Of a stretch of DNA of 64,000 nt, positions 53,601 through 64,000 are shown in pieces. Made by a program: the position numbers and the translations under genes. Positions within the stretch are counted from its first letter, which is position 1, and every line of letters begins with the position of its first letter. The notes below the pieces were generated by a model. The model was given only the letters and a program-made list of their open reading frames with translations, searched no databases and was not told the origin of the DNA. Location: NCBI GenBank assembly GCA_016748015.1, contig JAAOMT010000675.1:372001-436000 (forward strand). Direction: 5' to 3'. This DNA is from Geosiphon pyriformis uo1 (taxonomy: Eukaryota > Fungi > Glomeromycota).

Positions 53601-55527
53601 TGTTGCTGCAGTTTTATCTTTAGAAAGTTCAGTTTATTAAAAATCTTATTCTTTAGACATTGTTAAATAATTTGGTTAAATATAATAGTAATTGGGTTTT
53701 TGCTAACCAAAATTCTGGAAAACTAATTGATTATTTGAGTTAATTTTGTTGTTGATATTCTGAAAGCAATTTTGAGATGTGAATTGGTTTTGTTGAATCA
53801 ATTTTTAAGCAGAGATTTGATATTGTTAAATAGATAGTGATTGATATTGCTGAGCTGATAAAGATTGTTGATATTGTTATTGCATTGATTATGAAGCAGA
53901 TTGATAGTAACTGTATTAATTTTGTAATCTTGATGAGTAATAAGTTGATGGTAGAGATTGGTAATAAAATTGCTATAATAAAAAGTAATATTAATTGGTC
54001 TTGTTTTGCTGGTTTTGTTGTAATTTTCTGCAATCTCATTTTCAATGTCTTGGAATTTTACAATAATGACAGCTTTGTAATTGATTGTTGGATAATAAAG
54101 AGTAGTTGTTTTAATTGCATTGTTGAAGTAGCTAATATCTTTGTAATTATTGCTGTTGTTGTTAATTGGTGAAATAATTTTTGACTTTCTTTGTGAGTTG
54201 GTCAATTTTCTTTTCAGCTTCTAAGCTGGTTTTTCTAATAGCAAGATTTACAAGCTTGGTATAATTTGCTTTTTCTATTGTCATCTTATAGTTTTTTATA
54301 TGTTAAATAGCTGTTGTTAAGTTTGCTGGAGCATGAGAGCAAACTTTTTTGATTAATTTATCTTTTAATCCTGCAATAAACTGATCCAAAATCTGAGCAT
54401 TGAGATAATAATCATTGGTTTCTAATTGTTAAATTCATTTGAAAAGTTTGTTGAATTTTTTAAGATAGGTTATAATAAATTTAAATGGTTCTTGTTTAAT
54501 GTTTTGAAATTGGTTTTGGAGTATAATAGATGTGTTGTTATTAATAAATTGTTGTAAAAAAGCATTTTTAAATGCTTGCCAATTTTTAAAAGAGTCAGTT
54601 AAGTTTTCAAACTATTCTCTTGCTGTTTCTTGGAAAAAATACAAAATTGCTTTTAACATTCTTATTGCAGTTTATCTATTTACATTTTTTGCTTTCTGGA
54701 CTTTGTCAAGCTATTCTTGTGAATTAGTGTCAGCATTTTCTTCTGTGAATTCAGTAATTTTTGCAATGTATGTAGTTGCCATTTTTTCTTTATTTTCGGT
54801 AGTTTTTTCTTGTTCTAATTTGGTTTCTTCACTTTTTAAGTTCTTTAAATGATTACTTTGATTTTTTTCTAAGTAATCAAAAAAATTAGTGCTGGTTAAT
54901 ATTGGTTTCTGCTGTTGAATAGGACTTTTAGATGACTGAAAATCTTTTAATCTTGAAAACCAAATAAGTGGTGAATTAGAGATTTGTAGTTGAGCAAGTG
55001 AAATTAAAAATAATGTAATAAAAAGTGGTAATTTAACACTGGTTCTTTGTTTTGGGGTTTGTAAGTGTTTAACAATTATTTTTGGTGTTTTTAGAATGTT
55101 TGGAGTGGTTCCTGAGTGTTGTTTTAATTTTTGTTGCCTTTGTTGCTTGTTTTAATTTCTAATTCAGAATTAAGAAAGAATTTAAATTGGACAGAGTATT
55201 TTTTTTCACAATATTAAATGATATTGTAGTTAAGTTCTTGAAAATAAGTGTTAAGTGTTTGACTATTGAAATCTTCAGTATTTAGGTAAGAATAGTGTAG
55301 CAGGTTTTTGTATAAGTTGTATTTGACTTCTGAAATGTTATAGTTTCCAAAAAAATAATTGTTGATACAGTTTTTGATGTACTGGTAGAATGTCTTTTTA
55401 ACAATTTCAATTCTGTTTGGAATGTTGAATCTCTGCTTGCAATAAGTGTAAATAATTTGATAATATTTTAGAGTTGTTGTGTTTAGTGTGATCACTACTT
55501 TGAAGCTATTATTGCTATATTATATTT

Positions 55528-55541
55528 GTGAAAGAGCACCA
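55528..55541 (-). promoter_or_regulatory. Primer binding site of element B (TGGTGCTCTTTCAC)
   Basis: Starts with TGG, 2 nt inside the 5' LTR, complementary to a tRNA CCA end. The priming tRNA was not identified. Confidence 0.7.
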
Positions 55542-55543
55542 AA

Positions 55544-56494
55544 TATTACTGAAGGTTTTTGGTCTCTTTTTTTAAATGCTGTTAGTGTCTGTTTGTTGTG
55601 AATTTATGTTTTTTAGAAGCTAGTGAACCTCTAATAATTGAATTTATCTTTAAATTATCTTTTATAATTTGAACTGCTAGGCTTATAAGTAGAATAACCA
55701 ATTTTATGCCAGTTACTTTATGTAGTTATGTTGTAGTAAATATCAACTCTTTTCCAGAAATTGCTCATCTAGAAGCTCACCAAAAATGTGTAGTTATTTT
55801 GCTATAAAAGTTAACTCTTTTACAAGAATCTTGTCTGTAGGCTATCTTAATAATTATGCTAAGAAAAGTAAAAAAAAATATAAAAAAAATAAAAAAAATA
55901 AATTGTTAAGAAAAACGTTTTCTGTCCAGGCCTGAAGTCATTAACAAATTATTGAAATTAGTATCTAATCAATTTCAAAAATATTAGTTGGATTTTTGTG
56001 AATTTCAAGTATAATAATAAAAAATTTGTTTTTCGAATATTTGATTTTTATTTGATTTTTAAAGGTATGTAAAAGATGATTTGTTTTAATTAAGATATTT
56101 AAAACAAAATACATTTTCTTGAAAAAAAAAGCTCTTCTTTTATACAACTTGTTATAATACTAGTCTTTGAACTTGCACTTTTCTCTTTGCTATAATTTTA
56201 GTGAACTAAAGATATATTTCAGCAAACTACAAGTTATTTCTACAAACTATTGATTATTTCGACCAATTTCTGCTAATTTCGGCGAATTTTTGAATATTAA
56301 ATAGTTTAGAGTATTGTGTAATTTAATCATCTTAATTTTTATAGTACAAATCGAATTATTAATTAAATAATAATATTTGATAATTTGATTAAATAATAAG
56401 TAATAATTAAAATAATAATAATATGTACTAATTGATAATAGAAATTATAAGGATAATTTCATGCTAATTAATAGCTAAAATTTTACTGGTAACA
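55544..56494 (-). repeat. 5' LTR of element B
   Basis: Direct repeat of 46676-47629. Terminus TATTA is a mutated TGTTA. Confidence 0.92.
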
Positions 56495-59400
56495 ATGTTC
56501 TTCTTAGCAATGTTTTTTGGAAGTTGGTTTCTATTATTGGTTTTATTGGATATGTATTGATGTTTATCTCAACTGGTAATATTGCTGTTTTACCATAAAC
56601 AAGTTTAAATGGTATTGTTTGTATAGTATCTTGCTTCATTATCCAATAAGTAAATAGTACTGATGGTATAAATAAATCCCATTTGTTTTGGTTTTTTTGG
56701 CTGATTTTTGCTATCACTTTACACAATATTTTGTTAAATCTTTTTACTAAGTCATTTGTTTACAAATAATATGATAACAATAATGGTTTTTTGATTCCAA
56801 ATCTTTGACTTAATTTTGTTAATGTTCTGTTTACAAAATGAGTTCTTTGATCTAATAATAATTTTTTTGAACATCTGTGTTAACAAATCAAATTTTGATA
56901 GATAAATTTGGCTATAAATTTTGTATCTGCTTTTTGAATTGTTTTTGCTTCTAACTATTTTGTAAGATAATCCATAGCTACTGTTATGTAACAATTGCTT
57001 CTGCTGGTTATTGTTAATTGTCCAACCAAGTTAATTCTAATTTAATCAAATGATTGTTTTATTTTGATTGGTCTTAACAGTTTACTGGGTTTTGTTTCTT
57101 TTTTTTTTTGACAAACATTACAATTTTGAACATATTGAATAATATCAAAATATATAGATGACCAATAATATCTTTTTTTGGTTCTTTTTATAATTGCTTC
57201 TTTATAAAAATGTCCTGCTGTTGGGTTTGAGTACATGTTGAATAGTATTGTTTTTTTTTCTGATTCTGTGATAACTCTAAGTGGTTAATCTAGATATATT
57301 TTGATTGTTGTTTTATGTTGTTTTATTCTTTTTAAGATAATTTTCTTTAAACTATTAAGTATTAATATAATATTAAAATTGTTGATATTTTTGTATGTTT
57401 ATCTTTTGTTATATTTTTAAGTTAAAATGTTTTTAGATTTGTTTTATTTATAACAAACCATCAGTATTTTTATTTTTTTTTTCTTTTTTATAATATATGA
57501 TATAATTGAATAGTAATAGTTCTATTTTCTATCTTGTATAATAATTGTTTTTAAATTTTTGCTTTTAAATTGATGTCAATCTTTTGTGATTAGTGTACAC
57601 ATTAAATTTTTGATTCAAATATTTTTTTTACTTTATAACAGTCTAATAAATAGTCAAATGTTCTAATACTGGGATTCCATAATTTTTTTTAGCTGGACTT
57701 AAGCTTCAGCTAACATATATTACTAGGTGTTTTCTTCTATCTGGTCTTTTTTGTAACAGTACAGCTCTAAATATTTAACCTAATACATCAGTGATAATAA
57801 TAAATGGCTTGCTGTAATTTGGATAAATCAATACTGGGACTTGAATAAGCTTTTTTCTTAAGATATTAAAAGCTTCTTGTTGAATTTCAGTTCATTTGTA
57901 TTTCACATTCTTGGCTTAAAGCTGGTAAAGTGGTTGAGCCAGTTTGGAGAAATTTTAGATAAAGCAGTAATAGTATCTAGCAAATTTCAAGAATGCTCTT
58001 AATTCTATAAAATTTTTTGGTATTGGAAAGTTTTTGACAATCTCAATCTTATCTGAATCTGTTTTGATGCCATTTTTGTTCACAACATGTCTAAAGAATT
58101 TCAGTTCTGTTTTGTCAAAAAAACACTTTGTAATGTTTAATTTTAGTCCGGCTCTTCTTAGTCTTTCAAATACTTGTTGTAAATAATGAAAACAGTTGTT
58201 AAATGTTTTAGAAAACACATTTGTGTTATTTAAATATACTATTATTGATTTTCATAGTAATTCAGTATAGACAATTTCTATTAGCCATTAAAAGATGGCT
58301 GAAATATTTATTAAACCAAATAACATAACATTAAATTCAAAATTTTTTTCTCTGATTGTAAATGCTGTTTTTTCGTTGTTAGCTGAGTTTATGGCTACTT
58401 ATTAGTAACCACTGTCCAGATTTAAAGTAGAAAACCATTTTTTTTTTCTAAATACATTAAATAGTTTTTAAATTTGTGAAGTTGGATAGCTGTCTCTATG
58501 AGTAATACTGTTGAGTTTTCTGTAATTTACACAAAAGTGGATTTTTTTATTCTTTTTTTGGATAAATACTATTGGTAATAATCATGAACTCATTGATAGT
58601 TGAATTAACTTATTGTTTAACATTTTGTTGATTTTTTTTGAATGATTTTATGACTTGCTGATAGTATTTTGTATGCTCATTGTTTTATTGGCATTGTATC
58701 TCCAGTTTTGATTTGGTGTTAGATAATATCAATTCTACCAAATTCATTTTTACTGGCAAAGATGTTGGTGAAATTGTTGAGTAATATTTTGAGCTGCATA
58801 TGTTAAGATGAGTTTAAGTTTTCTAAGTTTATTTAATCCAATTGTTTTAATTGAAGCAAATAACATTCTTTTTGTTTATATATTGATTGTAATATAATAT
58901 TCACATATCTACACAGTTGTAAAAAATCTGAAATGGTGTTTGGTGGTTGGTTTTCAACTTCAGTGTTCAAGTATCTGATAATAGTTCTACTTGGTATTTT
59001 AATAATATCTTCAGTTGTATTATAGATAGGAATTTTGATATGTTTACAGTTCTTGGCCAATATATAGAGATTAGTAATTCCAATTTTCTCTAATTCATAA
59101 ATATTTGGTTCTAATTCGAAAATCTGGGGCTGGTTCTTCATTTTTCTCTCTATTATTAACATATACTGATTATATAATAAAATAGAAACTAATTGATTGG
59201 TAAAGATAATTTCTTTTTTATTAATGATTTTTTTTTTCTGCTATATTAACTGGTATATCTATTTTACTCATTGATCCAAATCTATTTTTCCTTTTGACTG
59301 TAATTCTTAAATCTTCTCTTGTTTTTACTGGCACTAATTGAACTATTTTCATTAGAGATAAAAATATTGTTTGTGCTATCTTTTCATTTGGTTTAATTGT

Positions 59401-60450
59401 ATATGGTTTTTTTAATTAATTTTATAGCATTATAATAATTTTTTATATATATCCTGTATCAATTATTTCTCTTCTAATGTTGATTCCTTTCTTTGCTAAG
59501 CTAGATTTAAATACTAATTGAACCATTGTTGTTGTTAAGATTTTTAATGCTATTTTCAAATTAATATAAGTGTGTATATTGGGTTTCAATATTATAGCAT
59601 ATTTTTCTGAATATCTTAGATCAAATTTTGCATTAATATTATGTATGTGTTTTAACATAATATCTTTATTATTATCATTGAACTATCTTAGTTTTTGTTC
59701 TATGAATAGATCTGAAACCACAATATATTGCTTAGGTTTTAAATCAGAGTTTGAATTATTGTTGTCATTGCCATAGTAAACAAAGTTAGAACTATTGTTG
59801 TCATCATTATTGGAGTCTAAATCAGAATTGAATTTTGATTCCAATTTCATGGCACATTTGCTAATTGGTTTTTTTTTTGGGAGATTGAATAGATTATGCA
59901 TAGTGGTAGATTGTAGATAAGATTACAATTGTCACAATATTCAAAGTTATTAAAAATAAGGCAGTATTTACAGAGTTTTGTATTTAATTGTTCTAAATAC
60001 TGTTTTTGCTCTTTTTTAGTCGATATTAGATTCTGATAATGTTTATAAAATTATTTTGGATTATCCTTAATATTATTAAAGATGTTAAAAGTTAAGATGT
60101 ATTCAGATTTAAGAAGTGTAAGTGGATTATTTTTGATTTCTAGTATTTTATTAATTGTAATGCTTTCTGCTTTTGCATTTGCCATTCTTTAGATCTTATG
60201 TTCATTATGTAGATAATTTTTCAATTGTCTTAGTATTTACTTCCATACATTATTGATGAGCGTTTTTTTTCATATCCAGTTATTAATTAGAATTATGTAT
60301 TGGCACAATTTGTCACAAGTTTTTTTTTTATTTAGTAATATTGTTTCATATTTTTTGGTCTAAAAAAGTTTTTTACAAGCAAAACATGGTTTGTTGTCTT
60401 ATATTCTTTGTCTTTTAGGTTATCTAAAGTGTTTAAGAATACATGGGTAA

Positions 60451-61326
60451 TGTTACAGGATGGTTTTCTTGTTATATTTAATTGCTGATATCCCGCTTTA
60501 ATTGCAATCAGTCTTTCGTGAGTTTCTCAATTCTATTTGTGTGATAATGTCACTGTTACACTGAAGGCTTTCTTTTTACTGTTGCGATGTAAGTTATTCT
60601 TTAATTCTTGATTGTTGTGTGTATTTATGTACTCCTTCTTAGAGGCTGAACTGAAATCTACCCACTGTCTGGGGTCTTCTCTGAGGCTATCCTTGCAATT
60701 GCCTGATGTGTTTCTCTAATCTAGAAACACAGAATGTTAATGGTCTTTAGCGCTTTTCTAATTCTCACAATAAATCTTTTATCAATTAGTAACAACGTAA
60801 ATAATCTTGATCAAGGATTATTCTTCCAAAGGATTCAGTTGATGAATGATAGTCTCATTCAATAAATAATACAAGTAAGTTTCTTAATACTTTGGGTTGT
60901 GATAGTTCAGTTTTAAATATTCTTTTTCATTTCTTTTTGATTTTAAAGGTTTCTTGGGATATTTAATTTAAAAGTATGATTTAAAGTGGAGTTTGTTGGA
61001 TAAAATTGGATCTATTGCTTGATAAGTTATGATTTTTATTACTTGATTGATTCTTTCCCAATATTAAAACTACTGTATATATACATGTTTGTAGTTCTAC
61101 AAGAAAACACATTGTAATACTTTCTTTTTAATATTTCAATCTGATGCTTGCTGCTATCACCAGTTGGTGTTGGCTGCTATTGTGAACTGGTGCTTGCCAC
61201 TATTGCGAGATGGTGTTTGCTACTATGTTAATCATTACCTTTCTAAGATTATTACTGTGCTATATTATGATTGAATAGTTTGTATTATTTTTATAATTCT
61301 TTTTGCTAAATTCTTAAACCATAACA
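60451..61326 (-). repeat. 3' LTR of element C
   Basis: TGTTA...TAACA termini. Abuts the PPT at 61327-61337 and interrupts the coding relic of element A. Confidence 0.8.
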
Positions 61327-61418
61327 TTATCCCCTCCTTTCAAGATTGAGCTCCGTCGAAATCGAAGTTAATTTCTTCATTAAATTCTAAGTTACTATAG
61401 TGGTTCAATACTGTGTTA

Positions 61419-63881
61419 TTAATTTGTTGAAGTGAGTTCACAGTAGAGGGCGATTTCTGGGAAATTTAGAATTTCTTGTGGTGTTGACACGTTTTCTAGC
61501 TCCGTTCCGAAGTATCCAATGATGGTATCTTCCGGAATGTAGACGGGTTCTTCTGTGGTATTTGCGATAGGAATTTTTATCCATTGAGCTTTATCAGCTG
61601 GAATAAAAAGGTTAGTAAGTCCTATGAAAAACTGTTGGCAAGTTTCTGGGTAGGGCTCAAATATTAGGTCTTTTTCTTTAATTGTCCCTTTTATTTTTAT
61701 TTCTGATTTTCTATATGGTAGGAGCATGATGGACCGCTCATTTTTAATTACTTTGCCTTTTTCCTCTATTGTTTCAGCGAAATTCGCTTCAATTCCTTTT
61801 CCTGTCAATCCGAAACCAAAAGTTCCTCTCGTTGTTTGTGACAATTCCTCACAATTTTCCACTGACACGAATTTCCCAATTTTTACCAATAGTAGGAAAA
61901 TTGCTTGTGCAATCTTTTCCTTAGATTTAATGGTATAAGGCTTTTCTGAATTGTTCTGTAGCAAAACCATCAAATTTCCAGTGTATCCGGAGTCAATTAC
62001 TTCTCCTTGAACGCTTATTCCTTTTTTCACGAGGCTTGATCGCGACACCATTTGAACCATTATTCTTGGCGGAATTTCAACCGCTAATTTTAGGTCAATT
62101 TTGGTGATGCTCCTGGGTGGTAACGTTGTGGATTGGTCTTCCAGATAACGTAGATCGAATCCGGCGTCAGTTGGATGGGCTCTTTCGGGTATTATTCCTA
62201 AGTGCCCGTTGTCGAAGTATCGGATGTCGGTCACCTGTTCTAGGTCGGTATAGGCTACAAATTTTTCTGACTCGGGACCCTCAAGTGAGTCTTGTTGATT
62301 TATTGATTGATTTTGAGACTGCTGATTCTCAATTTCCATTTTTCTTTCTAAGTCCCTTTCATCTTGACACTCTTCACAGCACTGACTTTGGCACGGGATG
62401 AGACAGTTTTCGCAGAGGTAAGTGTTGATTTGGGCGAGGTATTGTTCTTGCTCTTGTCGAGTGGGGCATAGTTGTTGGTAGTAGTCCTGGAATTTGTCCA
62501 CTGGGTCAAACATGTTGTAGCTGGCGACTTCGTCGGCTACTTCGGCTGACTCTTTCCAATGTCGTATTTCTTCGGTGGTTCCTCCTCTTACTTTGGCTTG
62601 TGCAGTGTTGTACAACTCGTCCTCGTCGTGTGGGTAGTGCTGTAGTCTTTTTAATGCTCTGTTAAATGCTGCTTCAAACGGCATTCCTCCTCTTACCCAG
62701 TCACAGATGAGAATCATGTATTGGCAAGTTGCGTCACACGTTCCTCCTCTGCCTGGTAAGTCGTTCCAGTCGCACCCTCTTGGTAACGGTTTTTCACAAG
62801 CGAGGCACGATTCCTCATCCCATTTTTCGTGTCTTTCTGGGTAACCATATTTTTCTTTGTTACAACAGTTACAATAGTAGTGGGTGGGGTTTCTTGGGTC
62901 TTCATCTGGTGCGCTGCACGCAGTCATAGACGAGAGTTTCTTTTTGCAAACCGAGCATTCTAGCTTTGGTCTGCGTCGCTGGTGGTTTCTTCGTGAACTT
63001 ACCTGGTTCCATTCAGATCTTTCTTCGCTGGTCCACGTTGGTACGGCTGGTAGTCTTGTTCTTTGGTCATCAGCCCAAGAGAGCTGATAGGTTTTGATGG
63101 CTGATAGTGCTGGATTTTCCTCAAATTCGAAGGTAGGTCTTTGGTTAGCACTGGGTTTTTGGAAGTGGCCACAGGTGGCTGGAATTTTGGCCTGGTGGCC
63201 ATTATAATTGATCAGAAGCTCTTGGGTGGTCCAGTCTAGAGTGGCGTTGGCTTTTGTTAGCCAGTCATTCCCTACTAACGCTTGATATTGTGTAGCATCC
63301 ATTACTAATACTTTTGTAGGTATTACTATGCCGTTAATTTTGAAAGGGAATGAGTCGATTTCGCCATAAGGCAGCTTTGTACTTCCATCGGCTGTTATGA
63401 TTTGGGACGTCGCAGCACGATCAACTTTGAAACCCAGTTGGTTTACTAGTTAAAGCGTTACGATGCTTCCAGTGGATCCACTGTCTAAGATAAGTTTGAT
63501 TGGGGTATTGTTTACAGTGGCTTCCATATACATAGCAGTGATTGGGCGTTTTTCGTCCAATGCTGCTCCACTGAACATAGCCTCGTTTTCCTCTAATTCA
63601 AAAGGAAAAATAGCTGCGAGGCTGCTATCTTCGATGGCAACTGCTGGTAGTATTGTCTGGCTCAATTTGGAGGAATTTTTGGTTCTGTTTATGTTTCTAC
63701 TGTCATTGTTTCCGATGATCAGGTTTTCCAGTATATTAAGGTAAGTTTGTTGATAATTTTGGTAGTTTGGATTGGTTTGCTGATTGGTTCTGGCGCAGTT
63801 TGGATTCCTCTGGACCAACGTGTTCTGGTTCCACATGGGCTGATTTCGGGCCTCGGGACGCCAATTCGGGTTGGCTATCAT
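61419..63881 (-). pseudogene. Element C polyprotein: gag end, aspartic protease, Cys-rich domain, dUTPase, second dUTPase-like domain
   Basis: LILDSGSTG and ALVGNDWL (protease). Several CxxC pairs. dUTPase motifs DAGFDL, SRSSL, VIDSGYTG, KIAQAI, RGTFGFGLTG. In-frame TAA at 63450. Confidence 0.88.
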
Positions 63882-64000
63882 GGGCTGTTGCTAGTAAGCT
63901 CCTTGATTTTGATACGTGGTGGGATATTGGCGTGGTATTGGCGTGTACTGGTTTCTGGGCATTTGGGGTGGCGCGTAGTAATTATTTTTGCGTGCTTCCT

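Larger units (their letters stand above)
46676..56494 (-). mobile_element. Full-length degenerate Ty3/Gypsy element B nested in the integrase of element A
   Basis: Two ~950-bp direct repeats. gag, protease (ILDSRS ~53400), dUTPase ~51800-52150, RT (VYFDN ~50700), RNase H, integrase and 3' ORF. 4-bp TSD ATAT/ATGT. Confidence 0.92.
44447..60450 (-). mobile_element. Ty3/Gypsy-like LTR retrotransposon A (outer host element, highly degenerate; 5' part lies beyond element C)
   Basis: dUTPase relic 59443-59658, RT 57955-58700 (VYLNN), RNase H, HHCC integrase 57042-57236, integrase core split by element B, 3' ORF, PPT and LTR. Confidence 0.85.
60451..64000 (-). mobile_element. Younger, internally deleted Ty3/Gypsy element C nested in element A (continues beyond the window)
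   Basis: LTR 60451-61326, intact PPT GGAGGGGATAA, gag-PR-Cys-rich-dUTPase ORF. No RT, RNase H or integrase between the ORF and the LTR. Confidence 0.85.

Overview
AT-rich eukaryotic genomic DNA with short GT-AG introns and one N gap. Gene and TE content (class-3 lipase, Git3/cAMP-receptor-like GPCR, F-box, MATH-BTB, Crinkler-type REase, RNase H-bearing LINE, dUTPase-bearing Ty3/Gypsy elements) suggests a Glomeromycotina fungus, possibly Geosiphon-like; this is inference, not a database match. Layout: 1-17 kb host genes (pseudo-lipase, GPCR, F-box, two promethin-like paralogs, atypical RNase III, MATH-BTB). 19.6-23.4 kb: an island with a hAT-type MITE, a 16-bp tandem array and an intact 3-exon PD-(D/E)XK nuclease gene. 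23.8-30.5 kb: a near full-length inactivated LINE. 34.8-42.3 kb: HP1/Swi6-like, F-box and flotillin genes. 44.4-64 kb: three nested Ty3/Gypsy LTR elements heavily mutated C>T/G>A. The best candidate for something new is the 398-nt first intron of the nuclease gene. On the sense strand it holds a ~287-nt RNA bounded by box C/D with canonical K-turn geometry, with G-U-containing helices, a cUACGg hairpin and a predicted 10-bp pseudoknot. All structures and gene models were assigned by eye.
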